Source: Chrysemys picta bellii (lineage: Eukaryota). From it: a DNA stretch of 64,000 bases. The first letter of the stretch is position 1. Each line of letters starts with the position of its first letter. The notes beneath the pieces are model-generated. The model saw nothing but the letters and a program-made list of their open reading frames with translations, was not told the DNA's origin and made no database searches. Location of the stretch: the NCBI RefSeq assembly GCF_011386835.1, contig NC_088791.1, forward strand, positions 88,784,001 through 88,848,000. Reading direction: 5' to 3'. Shown piece after piece: positions 38,017 to 52,481 of this stretch. A program made the translations under genes and the position numbers.

Positions 38017-39787
38017 ATGCCTCCACGCGCCAAGCAAGCCCCAGCATGGAGCAATGGCAAGTTGCTGGACCACATCAGTGTTTGGGGGGAGGAAGCTGTC
38101 CAGTCCCAGCTACGCTCCAGCCGTAGGAATTCCGATACCTTCAGGAAGGTATCAAAGGACATGATGGAAAGGGGCCATGACCGGGACACCCTGCAGTGCA
38201 GGATTAAAGTCAAGGAGCTGCGGAGTGTCTACCGCAAAGCCCGCGACGCAAACGGCCGCTCGGGTGCTCCCCCCGCGACGTGCAGATTCTACAAGGAGCT
38301 GGATGCGATACTTGGGGTTAACCCCACCTCCACTCTGAGCACCACCATGGACACTTCAGAGCCGGTGGGGGGAGGGGGGAGGAAGAGGAGGAGGCGAAGG
38401 AGGAGGATGAAAACGGGAGTGATGGTGGTGGGCCAGATGGAGACACCCTGGAATCCCTGGAGCCATGCAGCCAGGAGCTCTTCTCGAGCCAGGAGGATGG
38501 TAGCCAGTCACAGTGGTTGGTACTTGGTGGAGGACAAACAGAAGAGCAGGTTCCCGGTAAGCGGGTTTTTTTTTTCGGGAAGGAATTTTTTTGGTGCGGG
38601 CTCTTTGGGAGAGGAGGGTTAGGCATGCATGCCTAGATGCGGAATAGTGCGTTGATGTGGTTTATCACATCGTGGTAATCGGCCTCGGTAATCCCCTCAA
38701 ATGTCTCATCCAGAACGTGTGCAATGCGCTTGCGCAGGTTTATAGGGAGAGCCACCGTGGTCCTTGTCCCAGCCAGGCTAACGTGTCCACAACACTGTGC
38801 CGCGAGGGGTGGGGGGACCATTGCTGCACACAGGCAAGCTGCATATGGGCCAGGGCAGAAGCCGCATTGCAGTAGAAGACCCTCCCTTGCTTCCCAGGTC
38901 ACCCTCAGCAGTGAGATATCGTCCAGGACGAACTCCTGTGGAAAATGTTGGGACAGTGTTCAGTGTAGGTGCCCCTTGAAGCTGTTGGCTCTCCCCAAGG
39001 CACAGAAACGCAGAGGACAGTGCAGCCCTGAAACAATCAGTCCCCATTACTCACCATTTTGAGGCTCCCGTGGGATATGTGTGCTCTGTTTTGGACGGGA
39101 AAATTATGCTATTGTGTAGACCCTGTGTGTTTTATACTCCTTAAGTGCGGGGGGAATCATTACTCTGTCTGGTATAAACAATGCTGCCTCTGTTAAATGT
39201 TGCATTTTGCCTATACAGCTGCATCAAACTTGAGACCTCAGCCATCCCTCTTATCACCTGCTCAGAGACTGCAAAGACTCAGGAAGAGACCGCAAAAAAG
39301 CAAAGAAGACATGCTCCAAGAAGTGATGCGGCAATCTATTAAAGAGAATGAGAAAGCACAGAACTGGAGGGAGATAGAAAGCAGGATCCACCAGGAAAAC
39401 GCAGCGCACTGGTGGCAAAGCACTGTGCACCGGCAGCAAAGCACTGATAGGCTCATCAGTATCCTGGAGCGCCAAGCAGATACTATCCAGGAGGTGGTAG
39501 CCATGCAGAAAGAGGAGCAGTACCGAAAACGCAAACGCCACCCACCACTACAGCCCTTGTCCCAAAACTCTGTCCGTTGTGCCCCACTGTCACCTCCAAC
39601 CCACTTTCCCCAACTTACGTGTTCTTCACGCCACCCGCTGCCTCCAACACCAGTATCTTCACCACCCAACCCTGAAGACCACGACCCTTACCCTCTGCAC
39701 TCAACCCCCATCACCATGCAGTATAGCTGCCCTGAAGTGCAGCACTCACTGCACAGCACACCAGACAGGACATACACGAATCTGTGA
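38017..39787 (+). CDS. Harbinger Myb/SANT-like DNA-binding protein, spliced, one frameshift
   Basis: Exon 38017-38556, phase-1 GT-AG intron 38557-39218, exon 39219-39787; one base missing in the G-run near 38365-38380; restoring it gives 369 aa. Confidence 0.8.
38633..39057 (-). CDS. Putative third Harbinger gene (101 aa), antisense, nested in the Myb intron
   Basis: AAAATG|GTGAGT donor (ATG 39057-39055), 119-nt intron, TTTTCCACAG|GAG acceptor at 38936/38935, open to TAG at 38633; homologous frame at 31132-31280. Confidence 0.6.
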
Positions 39788-40014
39788 TTGCACTGTTCCC
39801 CACTCCACCCCCTTGTTTCTTTTCAATAAATATATTTTTTTTTATCAATAAATGGATTATTCGGCTTTGAAAACATTCTTTATTATTGCATAAAGTAAAA
39901 GACTCCTTAGCCCAGGAAATAAACAGGCACCGCAAGTCTGCTTGTCTGCTAAGCAGACACTGATTCCTAAAGATTGGAACTACTGCACTTCACTCCCGTG
40001 CAGGGCACCAGATA

Positions 40015-41267
40015 TCACTGCTGGTTTTCAGCCTCAAATTGCTCCCCAAAGGCATCCCTAATCCTTGCAGCCCCACACTGGTCCCCTGTAATAGCCCTGC
40101 TCTCTGGCTGTGCAAATTCAGCCTCCAGGTGTTCAACCTCGGAGGTCCATGCCTGAGTGAAGCTTTCACCCCTCCCTTCACAAATATTATTGAGGGCACA
40201 GCACGCGGATATAACCGCGGGGATGCTGCTTTCGGCCAAGTCCAGCTTCCCATACAGAGATCGCCAGCGGGCCTTTAAACGGCCAAAGGCACACTCCACA
40301 GTCATTCGGCACCGGCTCAGCCTGTAGTTGAACCGTTCCTTGCTGCTATCAAGGCTCCCTGTGTAGGGTTTCATGAGCCACGGCATTAATGGGTAAGCGG
40401 GATCTCCAAGGATCACAATGGGCATTTCAACTTCCCCTACCGTGATCTTCCTCTCTGGGAAAAAAGTCCCGGCCTGCATCTTCCTGAACAGCCAAGTGTT
40501 CCGAAAGATGCGTGCGTCATGCACCTTTCCGGGCCAGCCTGTGTTAATGTCAATGAAACACCCACGGTGATCCTCAAGTGCCTGGAGAACCATAGAGAAA
40601 TACCCCTTCCGATTAACGTACTCGGATCCTAGGTGGGGTGGTGCCAATATAGGAATGTGCGTCCCATCTATTGCCCCTCCACAGTAGGGAACCCCATTTT
40701 TGCAAAGCCATCCACTATGTCCTGCACGTTACCCAGAGTCACGGTTCTTCTGAGTAGGATGCGATTAATGGCCTTGCAAACTTCCATCAACACGATTCCA
40801 ACGGTTGACTTTCCCACTCCAAACTGGTTTGCGACCGACCGGTAGCTGTCTGGAGTTGCCAGCTTCCATACTGCAATAGCCACCCGCTTCTCCACTGGCA
40901 GGGCAGCTCTCAATCTCGTGTCCTTGCGCCGCAGGGTGGGGGCAAGCTCCTCACACAGTCCCATGAAAGTGGCTTTTCTCGTCCGAAAGTTCTGCAACCA
41001 CTGCTCGTCATCCCAGACTTCCATGACGATGTGATCCCACCACTCAGAGCTTGTTTCCCGAACCCAAAAGCGGCGTTCCACGGTGCTGAGCATGTCCGTG
41101 AATTCCACAAGCAATTTCGTGTCATATGCGTTACGTGTCTTGATAGCATCATCGGAATCCTCACCCTCACTAACACTGTCACTTTGGATCTTAAGGAATA
41201 GTTCGATAGCCAAACATGAAGTGCTGGCGAGACTCATCAGCATACGCCTCAGCAGTTCGGACTCCAT
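40015..41267 (-). CDS. Harbinger (HARBI1-like) DDE transposase, one frameshift
   Basis: NFR..F..LCEEL, VEKRVAIAVWKLAT, GFP/AIDGTH, GKVHDAR, LGDPAY and VECAFGRLKARW motifs; 1-bp deletion near 40685; restored length 417 aa. Confidence 0.9.
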
Positions 41268-41898
41268 TTCCCGTAGACAGATTTCGCTGCACAGAAACCG
41301 TTGAAAGATGGCGCCAAAGGTGGATGGAAACAAAGGGATTTCTAAGATGCGAAGCGATGCATCACGGGGCATTGGAACAGGACCCAGAATCCCCCGCACC
41401 CACGCCCCCTTCCCACAACCCATGGCGCCAGAATGGGAAAAGGTGCTCTGTGAGATAGCTGCCCATAATGCACCGCTCCCAATAGCGCTGAAATTGCCGC
41501 AAATGTGGCCACAATAGTGTGCTGGGCAGCTGTCAGTGTGGACAGACTGCAGCGCTCTCCCTACTCAGCTGCACGAAGTCAGGTTTAACTCACAGCGCTG
41601 TACATCTGCAAGTGTAGCCAAGGCCTCAGATTTTAGAATTTAAGGATGGAGGGAAAGAGAGTACTGTAAACAGATCTTCCAGGAGCTGTGTGTGCCACTC
41701 AGTCCAAGGGGAAGAACTGTAGGATATAACTATCTTAAAATATGCAAATTAAAACAAAATTAAATGAGAAGGGATTTTTCTATGCATTCAAATCCTGTAC
41801 TTGATTACCCTCCCATTCGCCAGGAATTGGGGTTCATTATTAGGATGACCAGATACTCAACTATGAAAAAAAGCGAAAGTGTGGAGGGGAGGGGAGGG

Positions 41899-41960
41899 AA
41901 GGTAACAGGTGCCCAAAAACGGGACCGTCCCTTTAAAAAACAGGACATCTGGTCACCCTA
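41899..41960. mobile_element. Short hAT MITE remnant
   Basis: Ends ..GGACATCTGGTCACCCTA like the element at 47431-47553. Confidence 0.5.
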
Positions 41961-42260
41961 TTCATGATGATTGCTAGTACCAAAGAAGAGGAAGCTGAAT
42001 AACGTTCATGTTCACAGATTTGGTCAGTTTGAAAGTCATAATTAAATCCCTGACCACCTATATGTATAACAGAAGAAACGAAAAAGAAATACAGGAGAGT
42101 GCATGCTGTAGAGTGAAAGTGCTTGTTTAAAAAAAAAAAAAAAAAACAGAGAGGAAACAATAGAATGGGGCCACTCAGGGAAGCGCAAGATTCATGTATT
42201 AGGCCCATGAGGTTACTGTGAGGAATCAATGAGGGAGGGATGTATTTCTCTAAGCACAGA

Positions 42261-42419
42261 GCGGGCTTTTCAATTTTTCAAGTTGTCCAATGACATTTGC
42301 TTCCTTCCGTGTAACCGGCGTATCCGAGGTGAGAGGGCTGAGAACATTCCAACCGTCTTCTGGGCAATTTGAAAAACAAAGAAACTCTATAAAACTACCC
42401 CAAGGCTCTTCCAAAAGCT
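42261..42419 (+). pseudogene. H3: Histone H3 remnant: promoter joined to the last 8 codons
   Basis: GCGGGCTTTTTCAA..CCAATGACA, then CGGCGTATCCGAGGTGAGAGGGCT (RRIRGERA, 42316-42339), decayed stem-loop 42404-42419. Confidence 0.8.
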
Positions 42420-43033
42420 GCTACACTTCCACCAAGAGGAGCTTTTATGCTTTTATAGCTTGAACACAAGACTTTTTGCAGGATGCGAACTTACTTGCTG
42501 TGAAATATTTCTTATAAAGCTTTAAACTTAACTTCATTTTGAACTTCCACAAATGTGCCCATTTGGAGCAATGCATTATTTCCTTAAAAAAAATACAATA
42601 AACATGATGTTTTATCAGGGGCACTTAGCAGCACGAAGCAGTGCTGATCATCTTCAGTTTATAATAAGCACTGCTTTGGGGCATTCACTTAACCTTGTTA
42701 ATTTTTATCTAGAGACTTGTAAATTTACATTAGAATGGGATTATGCAATATTTTTAAATGAACAAAACAATAAGTAGAAGGCGCTATCTTAAATAGCAAA
42801 TTTCTTTTGTTTAGGCGCGTTATGGTAATGAATTTAAATTTAACATTAAATCACAAAAGGTGGAGATAGCTGGAGAATGGAACGTTACAGGATTAGTAAA
42901 CTACCTCCTGCTTTTAATATAATCTGTATATGTATCCGCAATTTTCACTTGAAATAAAGCTCTAAAACAAGTTTCGTACTTAGAAAAAGGGACGCTAGGA
43001 ACAGGTTACAGCTCCTTTCAGTGTGCGTGTAGT

Positions 43034-43049
43034 GGCTCTTAAAAGAGCC
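43034..43049 (-). terminator. Histone 3' stem-loop (H3)
   Basis: GGCTCTTTTAAGAGCC. Confidence 0.95.
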
Positions 43050-43093
43050 TTTGGGTCATTTGGAGTAGTTTTTGTTACTAGAAGCTGCAGCCT

Positions 43094-43579
<486 letters not shown>

Positions 43580-44260
43580 TCAGGCGGTATTTATAACTAA
43601 ACTCTCTTCTCTGATTGGCCGTTTCGAAGAAGCCAAATGTCATTGGACAATGTGAAAATTTGAAAAGCCCGCCCAGTTCATCATGATTTCCCCTTCACAA
43701 TGATCAGTGGCCAGTTTCCTATCGCGCCATCACACATCTGCTACCGCCTATTTTTTTCGGGGGGGGGTGTGGCTCGGGGTTCCGACTATATCATTTTCAA
43801 AGTGATCGAATCTGTATCCCTGAACTTTATTACTACTTCCTTCTTCCATCTAAGAAAGCTTAGCACGAGCAGCACTCCCGGAGACAGGGGAGAACATTTA
43901 AATCACATGATTCCTCGAACGCGTAAAAAATATCTTTGTTCTGATTCTCTTTTATGTTTTAATTTGCTGCTTTTTAAAGCGATACAAATGCCTTATATTT
44001 TTCTTCCTTTCAGACAGAGGGCCACCAGCACCGTATAAAGGATCTGTTTACTCTGCTTATGTCCTCCTTTATAATCTCAAGTGTGATTGTGAAAGAGAGG
44101 AGTTTTATACTAATGAGGCGCAATATTTACAGAGTAAAATAAAGTTATTGTTTAGTTTTCTAATGATAAAATAACTTGTCTCCAAAGAAGGCTGTGTATG
44201 TTCAATATCTGGCTTTAAGAAGTAGGAGTATCATTTCATCCGTTCAAAAATCTCAACTCA

Positions 44261-44280
44261 GTTTTCAATCAGGTCGGATA
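44261..44280 (+). promoter_or_regulatory. H4 site II-like element
   Basis: GTTTTCAATCAGGTCGGATA upstream of the H4 pseudogene. Confidence 0.75.
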
Positions 44281-44348
44281 AATCATAGACGCGCTATGCA
44301 AGTCAGCAGCCCACAGTCATTTTATTATTACTGAAGATGTCTAATAAA

Positions 44349-44613
44349 ATGTTTGAACGTGGTGAAGGAGAAAATGATCATAGTAAAAGTGGGTTTAAGC
44401 ATCACAGAAAATGCCTCGAAATAATATTCATGTATTACCGATTTTCTGTCACCGCGTTTGCTGTAGTGGTGAAATGTATCTCTGGCCTCATCTACGGGTG
44501 ATCCTCGATGATGCTATTTATGCTGAGACCAGGAAAAGAAAGACCTTGATAGCCACGAGAATGGGTTATGTCCTGAAATATCGAGCCCAACTCTTTATAA
44601 GTTTGGAGGTTAA
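44349..44613 (+). pseudogene. H4: Degenerate histone H4 pseudogene
   Basis: MFERGEGENDHSKSGFKHHRK, KCISGLIY, RKRKTLIAT and LYKFGG* align with H4; several indels. Confidence 0.85.
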
Positions 44614-45567
44614 AGCTCATCCAGGGTATAGAAAGGGCCACCCCCAACTCCTGCCAATTAACTGAAACTTCATTTACGTCTTTAGTTTGTACTGTCGCTT
44701 TTTCAAGCCTACAAAACGTCTTAGCTTCTCAGCCATGAAAGTAAAAAGGCAATGGAACTGACCCTTTTAGAGAATATACCATAACCAAACTTTTTGTGCC
44801 CCTGCCAGCTAAATAGGTGAGAATGGATCATAGTGAAATCCTAGAGGATTACTACCTAAGGGTTCTATAGTATAAAGTAATAGAATAATAACTGTGTTGC
44901 TATAACTGTAATCAGATCTGATCCTGGTTCCTATGTGTGTTTTGTTTAAAATTCCATTTCAACAAACTTCTTCAGAATGGCTAACCTATCTGTAATCCCA
45001 TAAATCTATACAGTGGCCAAATGAAAGTTTATGGCTAAATAGGGAAAAGGTGCTTCGAAAATAAAAGGAAAACTGTTTTTTAATGTCTTGATGTAAGAAA
45101 TTGACAACTAAAAAGTTTTCAGGCATGGGGAGATGGTAGGGAGGAATGAGATATTAGGGAACAATGACAAAAATGATTAGTTTGAAAACCAACAGATCCC
45201 AGAAAATTATGTATAAAATCAGTTTTTAAACCTAATGTGTTGCTAAGATGTTGCCTGGATACCACTTAATCATTATGCTACTTCAGTAACGGGTGGCTTT
45301 GATCACTTTTAGAGAAGTGATAAGAATCTTTTCACCTAGACTGTAGCAAATACAAGTGCTTGTTTATTATAATTAGTAAAGAGAATCCAGGCCCCTTTTC
45401 TGCACAAATTTTGGGAAGAAAAACTGCTAACAAGTTACTTGGAAATAGTTTCGTAAGACTTAATGCCTGCCTGATTTATTACCCCTTCACAAACGACTTG
45501 ATGCAGTTTGAAAAATACAAAATGATACTTGTTAGTGATCCTATGCTCTTTGAATGAAAATATGATT

Positions 45568-45583
45568 GGCTCTTAAAAGAGCC
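45568..45583 (-). terminator. Histone 3' stem-loop (H2B)
   Basis: GGCTCTTTTAAGAGCC. Confidence 0.95.
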
Positions 45584-45613
45584 TTTGGATTACAGATTTA
45601 GTTAGCCAGATAT

Positions 45614-46039
<426 letters not shown>

Positions 46040-46344
46040 TTAGACACTCTTAGAAAAATCAATACGGGTGAAACTCGCTGCTGCCCCTCCTTTATATAAC
46101 CTCATGCAAATAAAGAACCTCTCTTTCCTCGTTTCCTATTGGACGTGACAAGTCACCCGTCACATCTTGTCTCTCTATTGATCAGAGTTAGATCCGCATT
46201 ATCATTGGCTGATCAGACAATCACATCTTTTTAGCCTATCGAAAATCATTTAACTCTCCTAAGGTTGATAGTATGGGAGGGAGACGAGAGCGTTGCATTT
46301 TTTTGTACTTTTCCTTCTCTAGATAGTTGTTAGTGCGACGTACA

Positions 46345-46380
46345 CTACGGGGCCGGGAAAAGCAGGGAAATAACGTAGTT
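46345..46380 (+). pseudogene. H2A N-terminal remnant at the expected partner position
   Basis: GGC CGG GAA AAG CAG GGA AAT AAC GTA (GREKQGNNV, cf. GRGKQGGKV); rest absent. Confidence 0.55.
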
Positions 46381-46817
46381 TAAGTTTTCCTTTTGCTGAG
46401 ATTTTCTGAGTCTAGTAAAAAAAAATCTTAATGTAAAGTAACATTCCCTACTTTTAAAACATCTAGCAGTACCATTGGGATAGGGGTGCATTAGAACATT
46501 AACAAGTAATGAATTCAATTAACAAGTGTACTAAAGCAACAATACGATAAATTATCCTCTCTTCTCCCATCTCCTTCCTTTCCAGGTCATTTTTGCTCAG
46601 ATTTTAAATATTATTCCTAATGGCCGACGAATCTGACTGGAAACAAACAAAAATCAGGTAGTTTCTGTTTAGCATAGCAACAATTTTCTCAATATCACCC
46701 CTCCCCCTAACACACTACTCTCTCTCTCTCTCACTCTCTCTCTCTTGAATGGAGAAAGAAAAGTCTTTGTAATGTTGAATCTATTTTAAGGAGAGAAGCT
46801 GTGTGTTTTGTCGCTGT

Positions 46818-46910
46818 CCAATCCTGGCAGGCTTTTCAAACTAACTAATGGATTTAATCCCACTTCCACCAAAGGGTCAGAAATGGGACTTTTTTCTACA
46901 GATCACCAAT
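46818..46910 (+). promoter_or_regulatory. Orphan promoter-like module, copy
   Basis: CCAATCCTGGCAGGCTTTTCAAACTAACTAATGGATTTAATCC. Confidence 0.45.
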
Positions 46911-47430
46911 AGTTTCCCCTTGCACACTGTACTCTCAGCCTCTCTCCTTTGCACAATATCTGGAACTGAATTACCTCATTTTGCAGCTATTGGAAAATAG
47001 CTCCCTTGGAGAGACAAATGGTGGGTTAAAGCTTCCTTCTACTGTTTGCTTTACATTGCAGTATGAATTATAGGTACTCACAGCTTTATCTTATAGATCT
47101 ATCTAAAATATTTTCAGCTATATATAGAAATGTATGGGAAAGGGAACAAGGATTGAGAATAAGGGCTTCACAATGCATCATCAATGTAAAGGTGAACTTG
47201 GGAAAGGCCCAGAAGAATGTAGCTTTAGGGGATTGACTGTAAAACTGAATCAGAGCAGGTGAGAAGTGATGCATGTGTGCAGGATAGAAATGGCAAGGAA
47301 GGGGTGTGTTGAAGTTAAATGTGTTAATCTGTAATAAAGAATATAAAAATATAATCTATGTACATTGGCAGATTATTTATGCTCAGATTTAAGGGAGTAA
47401 TGGTCTTCTGTATCTTGAGTTACGTTTGTG

Positions 47431-47553
47431 TAGGGTGACCAGATGTCCCGATTTTATAGGGACAGTCCCAATTTTGGGGTCTTTTTCTTATATAGGCTCC
47501 TATTACCCTCCACTCCCATCCCAATTTTTCACACTTGCTGTCTGGTCACCCTA
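47431..47553. mobile_element. hAT MITE (123 bp)
   Basis: TIR TAGGGTGACCAGA; 8-bp flanks CGTTTGTG / CGTTTGTC. Confidence 0.85.
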
Positions 47554-48646
47554 CGTTTGTCTGAAATGAAATGAAGAAACCTGTAACCATTACTACTCTG
47601 AACCCTGGTCAGTGGAGTTCAAAATTGTGCTGAGAGCAATCCCTGTCCTGGCAGAGGCATAGTGGGACTGTAGCTGGGGAAATGTTTTGTACTGGCACAG
47701 GTAATGCAGTAACTACATTGACTTTTTGCTGACAGAAATATTTCAAAAGAGGACTTATCTCCCTTTGGGGAGTTGGGTTTGTTTTAGTGACAGAAGGTCT
47801 GGGTTTCACTGGCAGAAATGAAATTTGCATGTGGAGGTTTGCTAAACTGGGGTGATAAATGACAACTTTCACAAGATAGATGAGCCTTCCTGTAATACAA
47901 GCTTCTGTGTCATTGCTCACACCCCAGAAAGCAAAGGGTGGAAAATACTGTCTGGATAGTGGGGTATGGGTTCTCCTAATAGGGGACTTGATTGGGAAAT
48001 TTGTAAGGGTGCTCCTTAAAGGGATGGGGTGATGTGTGAGGAGGAAGGAAGGATGGCACTGAATATTGCAAGTTACCTAGAAAATACAGTTTTTCAGACT
48101 CCTTTAATTCTTTCTTTCAACAACTTAGTTACAAAATAACATGCTGCCACCTTTCAACCATTTCGGACAGTTTTAAGAGGTCACCAATCAGAGGATTTAG
48201 TACAATTAAGGGTGGAACTAAATGAAAGCACTGTATAAGGTGGGAAACTGAGGCATGATTCCACCTAATTTAGGCTTATTCCATGAGCACAGTCCATTGT
48301 GGGACTGAAAGAGGCAGTTTTTCTGTTTAAAAAAATAGTATGTGATTATTACATGAAAAGCCACAGATTTTGTAGGTTCATACGGTTGACTACCCTTAAG
48401 CCTGCTGTTGTATATTAGTCTTTCCCTGCATTGTGTTAATATGGCTCTAATCTTTTTTTACAGGTGAAGGAATGTAAGAACTAGTTATAAATTGTGTGGA
48501 ACAGGCAAAATTACTGACAATACTTTTTAATGATTTGCAAGTGTGATGCTCAACTTTGAGCAGAAAATGGAGTCTGTTGTCTGTAGAAGGCCTGAAACAT
48601 TTATTGTGGGAGAGGAAGAGGGAGAAAGGGAGACTGATATCTTTTG

Positions 48647-48690
48647 TTAGTCGCTAAGGTGCCACAAGTACTCCTGTTCTTTTTTTTAAT
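48647..48690 (+). mobile_element. 44-bp Penelope-like terminal insertion
   Basis: TTAGTCGCTAAGGTGCCACAAG.. flanked by 10-bp duplication ATATCTTTTG (48637-48646 / 48691-48700). Confidence 0.7.
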
Positions 48691-49388
48691 ATATCTTTTG
48701 GTTTGTATCCCATTTGTCTGCTGCTTCGGACCTCATATTAAGCCAGGTTGATTCTTGTGAGCAAAGATATATCAGGATGAAAATGTAGACAGAAAAACTA
48801 GTGCCTTTTACAACTTAAGTATTGCAAGGGATTACCATTTCAGAATGTATTGGTTTGATTAAGGTTTAAGGCGGGACAGAAGGAGAGTAAAGCAGTCCTT
48901 CATGGAGGCAGAGTGCCCCTAAGTCTGAGAGGGGGGAAAATTGAAGGATATTTGTGCTGCCACCTAAATAGCCACAAATTAAAACAATATCCAAGAGATT
49001 TTCAATCTATTGGACAAATTATATACTAATAATGCCCAACGAAAGAAAAGGACACTTATTACTTAATCTTAATATTCTTTTTAAAGTAATAAGTTAATAT
49101 CCATTGATTTATAAGAAACATAGGAAAATCTGTGTTCTATAGTTCCTTCATTACATGTCAGGAAAAAAAAAACAATCACAGTCAGGTTGAAACAATGAAA
49201 ATGCTAATGATAAATGTAAGGGTTCAGGAGAACACACAAAAGCCTAATTTGGCTCCAATTATGTTACTTCATATAGAACTTGCAATATACGCAAATAAAC
49301 GATTTAAAGTCCAGTATTACAGCTCTTTTACTGCAAGGTGGGTAGTTCGGAACACTTTCTGCAGGAGAAATTCTCCAGGTGGAGAAAG

Positions 49389-49480
49389 TTTGGTGTCCTT
49401 GATCACAGTCTGTCTAGCTAGTTCCCTCGGCAGCAGCAGACGTCTTGCAAGCTGGAAATTTTGCAAGCCTAATAGTGAGA
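49389..49480 (-). pseudogene. Histone H2B C-terminal remnant
   Basis: FQLARRLLLPRELARQTVIKDTK vs [23 protein letters not shown]; ACCCACC and HDE-like AAAAGAGCTGT downstream (about 49316-49345). Confidence 0.65.
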
Positions 49481-49827
49481 CATGGAGCCTCCGTTTTTTT
49501 TTTTAAGTGCATGGAAATAAGGAATGGCTTTGTAAAGTGATATTTCAGAGAGAGAAAATATTTAAAAAACACCTATGCTGGTGTAGTCCAAGAATCGTGA
49601 ATTTCACAGAACATGTCCGTCCTCCCGCCCCCGGAAGCCGTTTTCCAAAACAAAACAAAAAACAGTAAGTGCTAGGATGGTGGCGAGGCGGGAAATGTCT
49701 CATTTGTCTATTAAAAAGCGGGGTTTTCAAATTTTCAAAATATCCAATGACATATGAATCCTTCCGATCAGCCAATCAGAAAGGAGAGTTTGCCTATAAA
49801 TACCTCCAGTGATAAAGCAGTTACTAG

Positions 49828-50280
<453 letters not shown>

Positions 50281-50327
50281 AGGCTGCCCTTCAACTTCTA
50301 GTAACAACCTACTCCAAACGACCCAAA

Positions 50328-50343
50328 GGCTCTTTTAAGAGCC
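50328..50343 (+). terminator. Histone 3' stem-loop (H3)
   Basis: GGCTCTTTTAAGAGCC. Confidence 0.95.
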
Positions 50344-50878
50344 ACTACATGCACACTGAAAGGAGCTGTAACAATCCTATAATTTATTCCCTCTATTTGT
50401 TTTGCGTTTAATTGAAGATGACTACATGAGCATTTAGAACTTGGTTTGGGTAAGTCATTTGGTTGAAACGAGCTTCACTTCAACTAACGGGGTGATTAGT
50501 GTTCTCTAAGTGTATTGAATAATTGTGTCCTGTTGTGACTAAGGCGGGCTTTAAAATATAGTCAATAATTTGGATGTTCCCTTTTAAATAGCATCAGCGT
50601 TCAGCTGTAGAATCTTAAAAGCTGCTAGCCAAAAATCGTTCTCCTGCAGGAAGCCAGACCTGGACAGAATGAACCTTTGGTATAGTCCTATATGTAAAAA
50701 GCATTTTTATAGGGGTCGAATAGGAACTGTGGTTTAAAAATACTTGTCACATATATAGTGAAAACAATTCCTATTTCTTCCAACATATTAAGCCTCTTGT
50801 TTTTAAAATACTCAATGTAGTTTGGGGAACACATAATGCTGTTAATGATAATAGAGCTCTTTCATTGAAAAGATGGAG

Positions 50879-50894
50879 GGCTCTTAAAAGAGCC
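50879..50894 (-). terminator. Histone 3' stem-loop (H2B)
   Basis: GGCTCTTTTAAGAGCC. Confidence 0.95.
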
Positions 50895-50931
50895 TTTGGG
50901 TTATAGATTAAGTGGTCAATTAGTAAACCAT

Positions 50932-52076
<1,145 letters not shown>

Positions 52077-52117
52077 AACCCGAACAAGAATCTTTACTAA
52101 AAAAACAACAACCCAAA

Positions 52118-52133
52118 GGCTCTTTTCAGAGCC
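52118..52133 (+). terminator. Histone 3' stem-loop (H2A)
   Basis: GGCTCTTTTCAGAGCC-ACCCA. Confidence 0.95.
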
Positions 52134-52481
52134 ACCCACAAAATCAAAAAAAGCTGTGTTATCGCTGACTTTCTTAGCAGTAAAGGATGTTAGTAGAAAA
52201 CAGCCATGTTGTATCTGTTTTGAAATATTAACCAGCAGCACTAAGGTTTGGTTGTGGGTTAGAAAATAAATATGAAAAATGGGGCATGCCATACCTTTCT
52301 TTATAGGTCATTTGTACTTGGGGGGCAGGGAGTGTTTCTAATCTGAGTGGAAACCAACTAAAATATCCTGAGAGGGAGGTATCTGGTGTTTAAATTATTT
52401 CCTCGCCTGGATAGCAAAGCAGCGTTTATACAATGTTGTCTTTTTCCCCTTAAAAGATCGAGCTGTGCGGATTGCTAAGGA

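Larger units (their letters stand above)
37609..41625. mobile_element. Near-intact autonomous PIF/Harbinger transposon (about 4.0 kb)
   Basis: Perfect 17-bp TIR GGCCTTGGCTACACTTG; Myb-like gene on +, DDE transposase on -; flanks TAT/TCA so the 3-bp target duplication is not clean. Confidence 0.95.
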
